Below, in pieces: positions 31,650 to 47,100 of a DNA stretch of 64,000 bases (position 1 is its first letter; every line of letters starts with the position of its first letter). A program made the position numbers and the translations under genes. Below the pieces are notes generated by a model. That model saw nothing but the letters and a program-made list of their open reading frames with translations, made no database searches and was not told the origin of the DNA. The stretch lies in contig OZ296652.1 of the NCBI GenBank assembly GCA_965655095.1, forward strand, positions 112,158,001 to 112,222,000, given 5' to 3'. Origin of the DNA: Haplodiscus bocki. Lineage: Eukaryota.

Positions 31650-34600
31650 AGAGGAATATTTCATCTAATTAAAAACAGTGATAAAATTAAATGTGAAATT
31701 TGGAAAAAAGAGGTGTATGAAAAGAATCGCAATTGTCAATTGAAGCAACATTTTTCTGATCTTTAAAAACAAACAAATGGGAAGCTCATAAATTATCGAA
31801 ATTTAATTAATTTAACAAATATCCAAAGTGATTCTTTATGAAAACGTAATCTCATCAACAAGGAATCGGAATTACGAAATAATAATGCAAAACTCATAAG
31901 AAAAAAAAGGATGACCAGAAAGAAAAATTACAACAAAGTGAACCACAGCCAAAAAACATAATTCATACACATGTGGATATAGACGTTATTAAAAACGAAA
32001 GCAAAAACAATGGTCGCATTGAAATTGATACTGATGAAGCTAATAAAAAGTTAGATGAACTCAAACAAAAGAAAAGAAAGTTGAGAGCAAAAAAGAAAAA
32101 AAACCTAAAAGAGAGGATATTCAAATTTAACGTGTTTTTCGGTAAAGATACAAGTAGTAAAAACCTCGGAAATTTGAAAATTTTTGAAATCACTGAAAAG
32201 ATTAAACACACAAAAACAAAATTCCTTAAAATGGGAACAGTGATAAAATTTATTTGCCCATCCAAAACATTCAAGCTTACAATGCTTTCAAGGATCAAAC
32301 TCAATTAAAGTATGCTGGAGATGATGAGCCTTTTACTGGATATTTGATTGAACTTTAAAATCCTTTTTTCCAAAAAAAACGCAGTGAAACCGATGAATGT
32401 TTTTTTCCTATAAAATTGAAGAATTTGAAGGAAAAAATTGTTTGGTCCCGACAAGAAAGACTTTTTTGCAGAAAGTTTTAGTGTTTTAATCGGAAAACGT
32501 TTTTAAAAAGAAGATACTGAATTTATTAACGATTCTGATAGAAGAACGGTTATGACTGAATTTAGAAGTGAAGGATTTTGTGAAATTGTAGGCATAGTTG
32601 TTGGATATGTTAATGGGAGAGATATTACTTGGATTATGTGAAGAAAAAAAATCTTTATTTGTACGACGAATATTTCTGCGCTTTATGGACAAGCGGAGGT
32701 ATTTCTTCACCAACAGCTAGTGCGGAGGTGGAAGAAAATTCAAATTGCATGCAGCATGTCTTGATTAAGATATCGTTAGTGCATTTGAAAAAGATATGTA
32801 TTATCCAATAGAAGTAGAAAAGCAACTTAATCATGTAATAGTTTACGACTTAGAAACTTTTGATAGAGAGAGAGGAAAACCAAATGCAATTTTTTTTATG
32901 CTGTCTCGAAAAGAATGGGAAATTACGATAAGACTTGACATATGAAGAAATGGAAAAGTCAGAGTGTTACATTGGAATGAAAGACGAAGATTGTACGACC
33001 CAAACGTTTTATTACTTGAAAAAAGCGATCATAAACGGATCATGCTTGAGTCTATGCGAACGCTTGGTGATTATGAACTAAAACTTATTGCTCAAATTGG
33101 ATCGGGTTTTGATAGTTGGAATACTTTGAATAATGTACCTACTCGGTTTAGATTGATCAACCCAAACAAAACTGCCAACGCTTTGAAAACTGTAGTTTTA
33201 AATGGTCTCTGTGATGTTAACAAAAATTATGAAGGAAACTTGCAATATTTTTTTTCACCTTGCAGTATCAATCAATAAAAAGGATCTCCAACAAAACTAG
33301 GAAAAACATTTGGCTTACAACAAAAATTTCTAAAAATAAAAATGAATCATAAAGAATTTTTTTGAAGATGTTTGGAAAGAGGTGAATAGATACCGTATTC
33401 AGGAAATGTTTTATCAACTTTCTTTTTTTCATGCAAGATACACAATGGATAGGGCGAAAACGACTGGATTCGGAAAGAAAAAATGTTCATCTCTCCCTCC
33501 TTTTGGTTGGAAAGAATTTATTTCAATGAGATAAGAAGGCGATGAGCCCTTATCTACATACACTGATGAATATATGCGACATTTCATCGGTCAAAGTAAA
33601 AAAAATTAAAAATGTAGGAGCTTTCAACCAATGTAAGAAAAGCGAAAACTCGAATGATAGTTTTAATAATTGTTCAAAAACTAAACAATGACGGAAATAT
33701 TCCCAGCTTTAAAACATGGAAAAACATCCATCATAGTTGAATAATTGAAACAAATAGAGGAATATGAACTTATTTTTCAAATTATTCAAAGCAAAATTAG
33801 TGAATAAAGCAGAATCAAAGAAAGAAGAAGAAAAGTTTATCAACGGAACATTCAAACTTACCAATTTCGAAGGAATTACAATAAGTGAATCTTGATGAAT
33901 TGCTAATCCCCAGTGAAACAAATTCGTTATATCCTACAGCGATGTCACCTATGGAAACCAATTATCAAAAAACTGAAACAAGTTTTGTTTTCACTAAAGA
34001 TTTTAATAATGGAATTGTTAATAGATATAAAATAGAAGTAGTTGGAAAAAAAGAGACAGAAAAACTAACAGCTAAGTCAGGAATCCTTAAAAATTAATAC
34101 TACCACACAGAAAATATATGTGTGCAACAAGAACCCGTCAAGGTAAAAGTTGTAAAGGAAGACAAATTTTAAAAGGTCAAAAAATGGAATTATAATTAAA
34201 AACTTAGCATCAGTCGACATCAAAGAAACTGTAAGAATCGGTGATATGCTAATTGGGACTTGTGAAGCAGTGTTTTGAAAAAGAGAATTTCAAAATACCA
34301 ACATCGAGAAGATTTGTCAAAGAATTATTTCTTTTGAGAAAACAATGTAATTGAAGAGGAAATGTAAAATTAGAACGGTTGATGAAAATGAATATGAACT
34401 CTTCATTTGGCTACACCAATCGGAAAGATATAGATTACAAGCATGAATTCAAAACTGAAAGGTGAATGGAAACTCAGTATGATGACAAAGTTGAACAAAG
34501 TTGCCAAATCACAAATTGCAAACTGAAGGTTATTTTGTAAAAAATCAAAAAAATGACGAACCATTAGAGACTAATGAAACCTCAAAAATTATTAGGAGAC

Positions 34601-35170
34601 CACATTTAGAAGCTTCCATTTTTAGCCTTAGTAAGAGAGTAGTGGATTTTTCTATTACAATGAAAAACGTAAAAAAAACTAAAAGTGTTTATTACATAGA
34701 TACAGATTCATTACAAACTGAGAAAAAACAATTACATAAACTAAGTGAAGCAGGTTTTGTTGGCAAAGAGTTCCGAAAATGAAAAAATGATTTTGGTAAC
34801 GGTGGTCAAATTATTTTTTTTCGCACTTGAAAATATTATTGTCTACCAATTAAAGAAAATGGAGTCGTCGCAGAAAAGAATTAAAGATGTTAACAGATTA
34901 TTAATTGGAAAAAATTATTCTGATATGCAAAATGGAGTAACTGTTGAACAACAATTTCCTTCACGTTCGAAAAAGTCTTTTTCAAGCTGAGTCATTACAA
35001 CAACTAGAATAAAAAAATGTGGAAAAGGTCCCAAACCTGTTGAAAAAATTTGCCGCATATGCAGCACAACAACCGAACAAACTCCAACCTTTAAAGCTAA
35101 TTTTAATGAAGTGAAAACAAAACCACCAAAGGAACATGGACATATATTACCTTAAAATGTAACTAACTAA
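31650..35170 (+). pseudogene. DNA polymerase B of a second (AT-rich) Polinton-like element B
   Basis: HVIVYDLETF (ExoI, ~32830), LIAQIGSGFDSW (ExoII), NSLYPTAM (motif A), MKMNMNSSFG (motif B, 34382), VYYIDTDS (motif C), ending KPPKEHGHILP. The 5' limit is approximate. Confidence 0.85.
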
Positions 35171-38100
35171 GTACGAAATGGAATCTTTATGAATGAAACT
35201 TATGCTAATCCACGAAACGAAAATTACGCTACCAACAAAGTTGACGTATATCACATAGATGATACTTGGAGCACCAAATTTTTAGATCTGAACGATTTTG
35301 TTTCGAAGAATAAAAGCTATAGATGTTTTTTAGTCCTAATTGATCGTTCCTCAGAATTCGGTTGGACGATTCCTGAAAAATTAGTGAAAATGGTCAAATA
35401 CTCAAAGACATTTATGCAAACATCCTTAAAACCTCAAAAAGATTAGGAATATTATTTGGAACTGAAAAATGGAAACGAGTATGTAAGCAAAAGTTTTACT
35501 GATTTCTCAAGTAAAAACAAAAATAGAAGATATAGTCGCTGTTCGTCAAAAGTAGCAGTTTTTGCTGAAAGATATATTAGAACTATTTGACATCTCCTAA
35601 AAAAACCTGTTTTTGTGCAGGTATTGGTAAATGGATAGATGAAAAAAATGCCGTAACAAACCAATATAAAAAAAATTTCAACCAAATTCACACCAATTCA
35701 GGCATCTTCAAAAACGAGTGACGGATATGTTTGCTAAAACATACTATACGGAAGATGGAAAATACCACCGACAACTAACTTAAGAGATTTAGATAGAACT
35801 GCAGACAAGAAGAATCAATTTAGTAAAGGTGATAACAGAAATTTGTCTCATAAATTCTCAACAATTACAGAAGTTTTTAATGATAAAATACCAAATTAGC
35901 ATAAAATTAACTTACTTGAAAGATATAAGGAAGCATTGCTAAAGTAATCAGATATAACAAATGAAGAAACAATCATCACGTTCTGAAAAAGCTAAGTTTG
36001 GTTACCTAAATTTATACATTTTTAGAACTTTTTTCGTCCTTCAATATTGGAAAGCAAAGCTACAGGTGATATAGAAGTATAACAAGTGGTTCTTGACGAT
36101 TTGCTATTCTCCACTGATATAAGTTCATTATTTTCTACAGCGATGTCACTTGTGGAATCCATTCATTCAAAAAAGAGCCAGGTTTTGTTTTCACTAAAGA
36201 TATTAAAAATCAACTTGTTAATAGATATAACAGAAGATTAATTGGAGTCAAAACTACAGAAAAACTAACAGCTAATTCGGGAAATTTTGAAAAGAAATAC
36301 TCCTAACCAGAATCTGTATGTGTGCAACACGCATCCGCTTAGGAAAAATTTTCTAAGGAAAACAAAAATCAAAAAGGTTAGGAATTGAAAGTATAATTAT
36401 TACTTTAGCATCAGTCGATATCCAAGAAAAGTTAATAAATGGTGATATTTAAAACGGGGTTTATGAATAAGAAATTCAAAAAAGCAACTTTCAGAAAACA
36501 TGTCAGTGAAATTTTTCTCCTGAGAAAACAATACAATTTAATAGGACAGGTAAAAATAGAACAGATGATAAATTTGAAGATGAACTAATCATTCAGCGAC
36601 ACTATTAGGGAGGAAACAAATTAAAAGCATGAATTCAAAATTGAAAGATGGATGAAAACAAAGTATGATACTAGATTTGAAGAATATCACAAATTGCAAA
36701 GTGGAAGTTAAAGTGTAAAAAACCAAAATGAGAATAGAAAAAATGTTGATGAAACCTCAAAAACTTTGAGAAGAACCCCAAATTAAAAAGTTTTTGTTCT
36801 AGGCACTAGTGAAAGACTGATGAATCAATTTATAACGTTGAAAAACCAAAAAAAAACTAAAAGTGTTTATTACATAGATATAGATCCATTACAAACAGAA
36901 GCGGGTTCTGTTGGGGAAGATTTCGGACAAAGAAAAATGATTATGGCAATTGTGTTAGTTTGATGTTTCGATTTTGCAACTCAAAGATAATATTGTCTGG
37001 AGATTAAAGATAATGGAGTGATAGCAGAGAAGAAAACATTTTAAAGATTTGAAGATGTTACCACAGTCTTGGATGAGAAAAAACTTTCTGAGATGCAAAA
37101 TGGAATAACTGTCAAACAAGACCTTCCTTTAAGTTAGTCAAAGTCTTTTCCAACTGGAGTCAATATGGCAACTAAAAAAAATTTTGTGGAAAATGTCCCA
37201 AATCTGTTGAAAAAAACTTTGTCAAGTGCAACGCAAGAACCAGACAAACTAAAAAAAAACGAAGCTAAAAATGCTGAATTGAAAAAGAACACCCAAGGAA
37301 GATTTACCTATTTTAACCTAATATGTATCTAATTAAAGAAGAACAGGAACCTTTAAGTATGAAAATTATGCTAATCCACGAAACAAAAATTACGCTAACC
37401 TAAAACTGACGTATAACAAATAAATGATACTTGGAGCATGGACTCAATAGACCTGAACGATCTCGGTTCAAAAAAGTTTAGAGATGTATTCCAGTCTTAA
37501 TTGATCATTCCTAAAAGGTTGGGTGGAGTATCCCATGATAAAAAGTAAAAATGGTCAAATACTAAAAGATATTAATGCAAACATTCTTAAAACCTCAGAC
37601 GGATAATGAAATTTCTTTGGAACTGATGATTGAAAGCAGTTTGTAGGAAAAACTTTTACTGATTTCTAAAGTGAAAGCAATATTAGAAGATCTAGTCGCT
37701 GTACGTCAAAACGAGCAGTATTTGCTAAAAGATTTATTAGGGATAATGGAGATCTTCTGAAAAAACCCTGTTTTTGAGATTTATTGGTAAAAGGACAGAT
37801 GAAATAAATGCAGTAGGAAACCATTATAAAAACACGAAATTTTCTTCAACACAATCAACACTGATTCAAGTATGTTCAAAATGGGAATGAAGGACATGTT
37901 TGCTAGAACTTACTATAGGGAAAATGGAAAAAACAACCCAAAACTAACTTAGGAGATTCGGTTGGAACTGCAGACAAAAGGAATCAATATATTAAAGGTG
38001 ATAACACAAATTGGTCTGATAAATTCACAACAACTACAGAAGTTTTTGATGATAAAAAACCAAATTAGCATGAAAAGAATTTACTTGAAAGATTTAACGA

Positions 38101-41100
38101 AGCATTGCTAAAGCAATCAGAAGTAACAATTCAATACAAAAATATCAAGTTTTGGAAAATTTAAGTTTGATTACGTAAATGCATAGATTTCTTCGAATTG
38201 TTATCCACCTTCATTTTTGGAAAACATAGTTACAGGTGATGGAGAAATACAAAAAGCGAATCTTAATGATTTGCTATCCTCCACTGATATAAGTTCTTTA
38301 TTACCTACAGCGATGTCACCTATGGAATACTTTTATCCAAAGAAAAAAAGAAACAGGTTTTGTTTTCACTAAAGATAATAATAATGAAATTGTTAGTAGG
38401 TATAACTTTAGAATAATTGGAGTCAAAACTACAGAAAAACTAACAGTTATTACAGGAACTTTTAAAAAGAAAGAATCCTACCCAGAAAAATGTGTGCAAC
38501 ACGAACCCGTTAAGGAAAAAATTGTTTGAGCAAATCAAAACTTAAAAAAGCTAGGGAAAACGGAATATAAATAATACCTCAGCATCAGTCAAAATCCAAG
38601 AAAACGTAAGAATCGGTGATATATTGAATGGGATTTAAGGAGGAGTGTTTTAAAAAGAAAATTCCAGAAAAGCAACGTCCAGAAGACATGTCAGGGAAAC
38701 ATTTCTTCTAAGAAAAAAGTATAACTGAAGAAGAATGGTAAAAATAGGACAGATGATGATGTTGAATATGAAATTCTCATTCAGCGACGCTTTCAGGAAA
38801 AAAAAGATTACATGCTTGAATTCAAAAATTAAAGATGGATGGAAACGCAGTTTGATAGCGGAGTTCAGGGACATCACAAATTGCAAGTTGGAAGTTAAAT
38901 AGTTAAAAATCAAAATGATGAAGGAATAATTGAAAATGAAACCTCAAAAACTTTTAAAAGAACCCCACATTAAGGAACTTTTGTTCTAGGCATTAGTAAA
39001 AGATCGATGAATCGTTTTATAACGTTGACAAACATGAAAAAAACTAAATGTATTTATTACATAGATATAGATCCATTACAAACTGAGAAAAAACAATTTG
39101 ATAAACTAAGTAAAGCAAGTTTTGCTGGAAAAGAGTCCGGACAAAGGAAAAATGATTATGGCAGTTGTGGTGAATTGAAGTTTTGATTTTGGAACTGAAA
39201 GGTAATATTGTCTAGCAAACAAAGAAGATGGAGTTATAGCAGAGGAGAAAACATTTTAAATATTTGAAGGTGTTACCAGAGTATTAGATGAGAAAAATTG
39301 TTCTGATAAGCAAATTGGAACAACTGTTAAACAAGGCCTTCCTTTAAGTTAGTAAAAGTCTTTTCTCACTGCAGTCAATATGTCAACTAGAAAAAAAACT
39401 GTAGAAAATGTCCCAAATCTGTTGAAAGAAATTTCGTCAAGTGCAACGCAAGAACCAGACAAACTAAAAAAACCGCAGCGAATAATATTGAATTAAAAAA
39501 AACACCAAAGGAAGATGGACTTTTTTTAACCTAATATGTATCTAAATAAGTAAGAATTGGAATCCTTAAGTATGAAACTTATGCTAATCCTCGGAACAAA
39601 AATTACGCTACCCATAAAACTGACGTAAATCAAGTAAATGATACTTGGAGCATGGACTCAATAGACCTGAACGATCTCGGTTCAAAAATGTTTAGAGATG
39701 TATTCCAGTCTTAATTGATCATTCCTAAAAGGTTGGGTGGAGTATCCCATGATAAAAAGTAAAAATGGTCAAATACTAAAAGATATTAATGCAAACATTC
39801 TTAAAACCTCAGAAAGATTATGAAATTTCTTTGGAACTGATGATGGAAAGCAGTTTGTAAAAAAAAGTTTTACTGATTTCTAAAGTGAAAGCAAAATTAG
39901 AAGATTTAGTCCATGTACGTCAAAAGGAGCAGTAATTGCTAAAAGATTTAATAGATTCATTAGAGATTTTCCGAAAAAACCCTGTATTTGAAAAGTATTG
40001 GTAAATGGATAGATGAAATAAATGCTGTAAGGAACCAATATAAAAATACAAAACATTCTCCAACCAAAGTCACACCGATTCAAGCATCTTCAAAAAGGAA
40101 TAAAGGATAATTTTGCTGAAACGTACTATACGGAAGATGGTAAAAACAACCGAAAGCCTACTCAGGAGATTTAGCTAGAACCGCAGACAAAAGGAGTCAA
40201 TCTATTAAAGGTGATAACACAAGTTGGTCTCACAAGCTCTCAACAATCACAGAAGTTATTAATCAAAGAATACCAAATTTGCATGAAAAGAATTTACTTG
40301 ACAGATAAAACGAAGCATTGCTAAAGTAATCAGAAAAAACAAATGCAGACAAAAATATAAAGTTTTTAAAAAATAAGTTTCATTACGTAAGTTTATACAT
40401 TTTTAGAATTTTATCTACCTTCTCTTCCGGAAAACATAGTTACGAGTGATATAGAATTACAACAAGTAAAACCTAATGATTTGCTATTCTCCACTGATAT
40501 AAGTTCGTTATTACCAACAGCGATGTCACCTTTGAAATCCATTTTTTCAAAAAAAGAAACAGGTTTTGTTTTCACTAACGGTATTAAAGATGAACTTGTT
40601 AATAGATTTAACAGGAATGTAATTGCAGTAAAAACTACAGAAAAACTAACAGCTGATTCAGTAGATTTGAAATGAAATCTCCTATCGAGGAAACATATGT
40701 GTGGGACACGTACCCGTCAAGGAAAGTTGTTAAGGGAAACAAAAATTAAAAGGGTTAGGAAGTGGAAATTTATTTAATACCTTAGCATCAGTTTGACACT
40801 AAGAATTTGTAAGAATCGGTCAAGTTCTGATGGGGATGTACGGAAGAGTGTTTCAAAAAGAGAATTTCAAAAAAGCAACATCCAGAAGACATGTCAGGGA
40901 AACATTTCTTCTGAGAAAACAATATAACTGAAGAAGAAATGTAAAAATAGGACAGATGATGATGTTGAATATGAAATCCTCATTTAGCGATACTTTTAGG
41001 GAAAAAAAGATTACAAGCATGAATTCAAACCTGAAAGATGGATGGAAACACAGTATGATAACGGAGTTCAGGGACATCACAAATTGCAAGTTGAAATTTA

Positions 41101-44100
41101 AATTGTTAAAAATCAAAAAGATGAAGGAATAATTGGAGATGAAATCTCAAAAACTTTTAAAAGAACCCCACAATAAAGAGTTTTCGTTCTAGGCATTAGT
41201 GGAAGATTGATGAATCATTTTATATTGTTGACAAACATAAAAAAAACTAAAAGTGCTAATTACATAGATATAGATCTATTAAAAATTGAGAAAAAACAAT
41301 TTGATAAACTAAGTAAAGCAAGTTTTGCTGGAAAAGATTCCGGACAAAGAAAAAATGATTATGGTAGTTGTGGTGAATTGAAATTTTGATTTTGGAACTG
41401 AAAGGTAATATTGTCTAGCAATTAAAGAAGATGGAGTGATAGCAGAGGAGAAAACATTTTAAATATTTGAAGATGTTACCAGATTATTAGATGAGAAAAA
41501 TTGTTCTGATAAACAAAATGCAACAACTGTTTAACAAGGCCTTCCTTTAAGTTAGTAAAAGTCTTTTCCCACTGCAGTCAATATGTCAACTAGAAAAAAA
41601 ACTGTAGAAAAGGTCCCAAATCTATTGAAAAAATCTTCGTCAAGTGCAGCGCAAGAACCAGACAAACTGAAAAAATCGAAGCGAATATTATTGAATTAAA
41701 AAAAAACACCAAAGGAAGATGTACCTATTTTAACCTAATATGTATCTAAGTAAGTAAGAATTGGAACCTTTAAGCATGAAACCTATGCTAATCTCCGGAA
41801 CAAAAATTACGCTACCCACAAAACTGACGTAAATCAAGTAAATGATACTTGGAGCATGGACTCAATAGACATGAACGATCTCGGTTCAAAAAAGTTTAGA
41901 GATAAATTCCAGTCGTAATTGATCATTCCTAAAAGTTTGGGTGGAGTATTCCATGATAAAAAGTAAAAATGGTCAAATACTAAAAGATATTATTGCAAAC
42001 ATTCTTAAAACCTGAGAAAGATAATGAAAATTCCTTGGAACTGATGATGGAAAGCAGTTTGCAATCAAAAAGCTTACTGATTTCTAAAGTGAAAGCAAAA
42101 TTAGAAGGTTTAGTCACTGTACGTCAAAAGGATTAGTATTTGCAAAAGATTTAATAGATTTATCAAACATCTTTCGAAAAAACCCTGTATTTGAAAAGTA
42201 TTGGTAAATGGATAGATGAAAGAAATCCTGTATGGAACCAAAATAAAAATACAAGGCACTCTCCAACCAAATTCACACCAATTCAAGCATCTTCAAAAAG
42301 GAATTACGAATATGTTTGCTAAAACGTACCACATCGAAGATGGAATAACAACCGAAAACCTACTTAGGAGATTTAGCTAGAACCGCAGACAAAAGGAATG
42401 AATTTATTAAAGGTGATAACAGAAGTTGGTCTCACAAGTTCTCAACAATTATAGAAGTTATGATTCAAAAATACCAATTTTGCAAAAAAAAAATTTACCT
42501 GACAGATAAAACGAAGCATTGCTAAAGTAATCACAAAAAACAAATGAAGACAAAAATACAAAGTTTTTAAAAAAAAATAGGTTTCATTACGTAAGTTTAT
42601 ACATTTTTAGAATTTTATCTACCTTCTCTTCTGGAAAACATAGTTACGAGTGATATAAAATTACAACAAGTGAAACCTAATGATTTGCTATTCTCCACTG
42701 ATATAAGTTCGCTATTACCTACAGCGATGTCACCTATGAAATACATTTTTTCAGAAAAAGAAACAGGTTTTGTTTTCACTAAAGGTATTAAAGATGAACT
42801 TGTTAATAGATTTAACAGGAATGTAATAGCAGTAAAAACTACAGAAAAACTAACAGCTGATTCAGTAGATTTGAAATGAAATCTCCTATCGAGGAAACAT
42901 ATGTGTGGGACACGTACCCGTCAAGGAAAGTTGTTAAGGGAAACAAAAATTAAAAGGGTTAGGAAGTGGAAATTTATTTAATACCTTAGCATCAGTTTGA
43001 CACCAAGGATCTGTAAGAATCGGTCATATTCTGATGGGTATGTACGGAAGAGTGTTTCAAAAAGAAAATTTCAAAAAATCAACTTCCGGAAGACATGTCA
43101 GGGAAACATTTCTTCTAAGAAAACAAAATAACTGAAGAAGAATTGTAAAAATAGGACAGATGATGATGTTGAATATGAAATCCTTATTCAGCGACACTTT
43201 TAGGAAAAAAAGATTACAAGCATGATTTCAAAATTGAAAGGTGGATGGAAACGCAGTATGATAACGGAGTTCAGGGACAACACAAATTGCAGGTTGGAAG
43301 GTAAATTGTTAAAAATCAAAATGATGAAGGAATAATTGAAGATGACACCTCAAAAACTTTCAAAAGAACCCCACATTAAGGAGCTTTTGTTCTAGGCATT
43401 AGTAATAGATTGATGAATCATTTCATAACGTTGACAAAGCTGAAAAAAACTAAGAGTGCTTTTACACATATATAGATCCATTACAAACTGAAAAAAAAAC
43501 AATTTGATAAACTAAGTAAAGCAGGTTTTGCTGGAAAAGAGTCCGGACAAAAAAAATGATAAAGGCAGTTGTGGTGAATTGAAGTTTTGATTTTGGAACT
43601 CAAAGGTAATATTGTCTAGCAATTAAAGAAGATGGAGTGATAGCAGAGTAGAAAACATTATAAATTTTTGAAGATGTTACCAGAGTATTAGATGAGAAAA
43701 AGTATTCTGATAAGCAAAATGGAACAACTGTTAAACAAGGCCTTCCTTTAAGTTAGTAAAAGTCTTTTCCAACTGCAGTCAATATGTCAACTGGAAAAAA
43801 ACTGTAGAAAATGTCCCAAATCTGTTGAAAAAAACTTCGTCAAGTGCAACGCAAGAATCAAACAAACTAAAAAAATCGAAGCGAATACTGTTGAATTAAA
43901 AAAACACCGAAAGAAGATGAACCTTTTTTCAACCTAAAATGTATCTAAATAAGTAAGAATTGGAATCCTTAAGTATGAAACTTATGCTAATCCTCGGAAC
44001 AAAAATTACGCTACCCATAAAATTGACGTAAATCAAGTAAATGATACTTGGAGCATGGACTCAATAGACCTGAACGATCTCGGTTCAAAAAAGTTTAGAG

Positions 44101-47100
44101 ATGTATTCCAGTCCTAATTGATCATTCCTAAAAGGTTGAGTGGAGTATCCCGTGATAAAAAGTAAAAGTGGTTAAATATTAAAAACATTATTGCAAACAT
44201 TCTTAAAACCTCAGAAGGATAATGAAATTTCTTTGGAACTGATGATGGAAAGCAGTTTGTAAGCAAAAAGATTACTGACTTCTAAAGTGAAAGCAAAATT
44301 AGAAGATTTAGTCACTGTACATCAAAACGAGCAGTAATTGCTAAAAGATTTAATATATTTATCAGAGATCTTTCGAAAAAACCCTGTTTTTGAAAAGTAT
44401 TGGTAAATGGATAGATGAAAAAAATGCTGTAAGGAACCAATATAAAAATACAAAACATTCTCCAACCAAATTCACACCAATTCAAGCATCTTCGAAAAGG
44501 AATTAGGAATATGTTTGCTAAAACGTACCATATCGAAATTGGTAAAAACAACCGAAAACCTACATAGGAGATATAACTAGAACCGCAGACAAAAGGAGTG
44601 AATTTATTAAAGGTGATAACACAAGTTGATCTCACAAGTTCTCAACAATTACAGAAGTTATTATTCAAAAATACCAATTTTGCAAAAAAAAAAATTTACC
44701 TGACAGATAAAACGAAGCATTGCTAAAGTAATCACAAAAAACAAATGAAGACAAAAATACAAAGTTTTAAAAAAAAATAGGTTTCATTACGTAAGTTTAT
44801 ACATTTTTAGAATTTTATCTACCTTCTCTTCTGGAAAACATAGTTACGAGTGATATAAAATTACAACAAGTGAAACCTAATGATTTGCTATTCTCCACTG
44901 ATATAAGTTCGCTATTACCTACAGCGATGTCACCTATGAAATACATTTTTTCAGAAAAAGAAACAGGTTTTGTTTTCACTAACGGTATTAAAGATGAACT
45001 TGTTAATAGATTTAACAGGAATGTAATTGCAGTAAAAACTACAGAAAAACTAACAGCTGATTCAGTAAATTTGAAATGAAATCTCCTATCGAGGAAACAT
45101 ATGTGTGGGACACGTAGCCGTCAAGGAAAGTTGTTAAGGGAAACAAAAATTGAAAAGTTTAGGAAGTGGAAATTTATTTAATACCTTAGCATCAGTTTGA
45201 CACTAAGAATTTGTAAGAATCGGTCAAGTTCTGATGGGGATGTACGGAAGAGTGTTTCAAAAAGAGAATTTCAAAAAAGCAACTTCCGGAAGACATGTCA
45301 GGGAAACATTTCTTCTAAGAAACCAAAATAACTGAAGAAGAATTGTAAAAATAGGACAGTTGATGTTGAATATGAAATCCTTATTCAGCGACACGTTTAG
45401 GAAAAAAAGATTGCAAGCATGAATTCAAAAATGAAAGGTGGATGGAAACGCAGTATGGTAACGGAGTTCAGGGACATCACAAATTGCAGGTTGGAAGGTA
45501 AATTGTTAAAAATCAAAATGATGAAGGAATAATTGAAGATGACACCTCAAAAACTTTCAAAAGAACCCCACATTAAGGAGCTTTTGTTCTAGACATTAGT
45601 AATAGATTGATGAATCATTTCATAACGTTGACAAGGCTGAAAAAAACTAAGAGTGCTTTTACACAGATTTAGATCCATTACAAACTGAAAAAAAAACAAT
45701 TTGATAAACTAAGTAAAGCAGGTTTTGCTGGAAAAGAGTCCGGACAAAAAAAATGATAAAGGCAGTTGTGGTGAATTGAAGTTTTGATTTTGGAACTCAA
45801 AGGTAATATTGTCTAGCAATTAAAGAAGATGGAGTGATAGCAGATGAGAAAACATTTTAAATTTTTGAAGATGTTACGAGAGTATTAGATGAGAAAATGT
45901 CTTCTGATTAGCAAAATGGAACAACTGTTAAACAAGGCCTTCCTTTAAGTTAGTAAAAGTCTTTTCCATTTGCAGTCAATATGTCAACTGGAAAAAAACT
46001 GTAGAAAATGTCCCAAATCTGTTGAACAAAACTTCGTCAAGTGCAACGCAAGAACCAGACAAACTAAAAAAATCGCAGCGAATAATATTGAATTAAAAAA
46101 AACACCAAAGGAAGATGGACCTTTTTTAACCTAATATGTATCTAAATAAGTAAGAATTGGAATCTTTAAGTATGAAACTTTTGCTAATCCTCGGAACAAA
46201 AATTACGCTACCCATAAAACTGACGTAAATCAAGTAAATGATACTTGGAGTATGGACTCAATAGACCTGAACGATCTCGGTTCAAAAAAGATTAGAGATG
46301 TATTCCAGTCTTAATTGGTCATTCCTAAAAGGTTGGGTGGAGTATCTCATGATAAAAAGTAAAAATGGTCAAATACTAAAAGATATTAATGCAAACATTA
46401 TTAAAACCTCAGAAAGATAAAGAAATTTCTTTGGAACTGATGATGGAAAGCAGTTTGTAAGCAAAAGTTTTACTGATTTCTAAAGTGAAAGCAAAATTAG
46501 AAGGTTTAGTCCATGTACGTCAAAAGGAGCAGTAATTGCTAAAAGATTTAATAGATTCATTAGAGATCTTCTGAAAAAACCCTGCATTTGAAAAGTATTG
46601 GTAAATGGATAGATGAAATGAATGCTGTAAGGAACCAATATAAAAAAAACATTCTCCAAACAAATTCACACCAATTCAAGCATCTTCAAAAAGGAATTAG
46701 GAATATGTTTGCTAAAACGTACCATATCGAAATTGGTAAAAACAACCGAAAACCTACTTAGGAGATATAGCTAGAACCGCAGACAAAAGGAGTGAATTTA
46801 TTAAAGTTGATAACACAAGTTGGTCTCACATGTTCTCAACAATTACAGAAGTTATTATTCAAAAATACCAATTTTGCCAAAAAAAATTTACCTGACAGAT
46901 AAAACGAAGCATTGCTGAAGTAATCAGAAAAAACAAATGAAGACAAAAATATAAAGTTTTAAGAAAAGTAAGTTTCTTAACGGAGTTCAGGGACATCACA
47001 AATTGCAGGTTGGAAGGCAAATTGTTAAAAATCAAAATGATGAAGGAATAATTGAAGATGACACCTCAAAAACTTTCAAAAGAACCCCACATTAAGGAGC

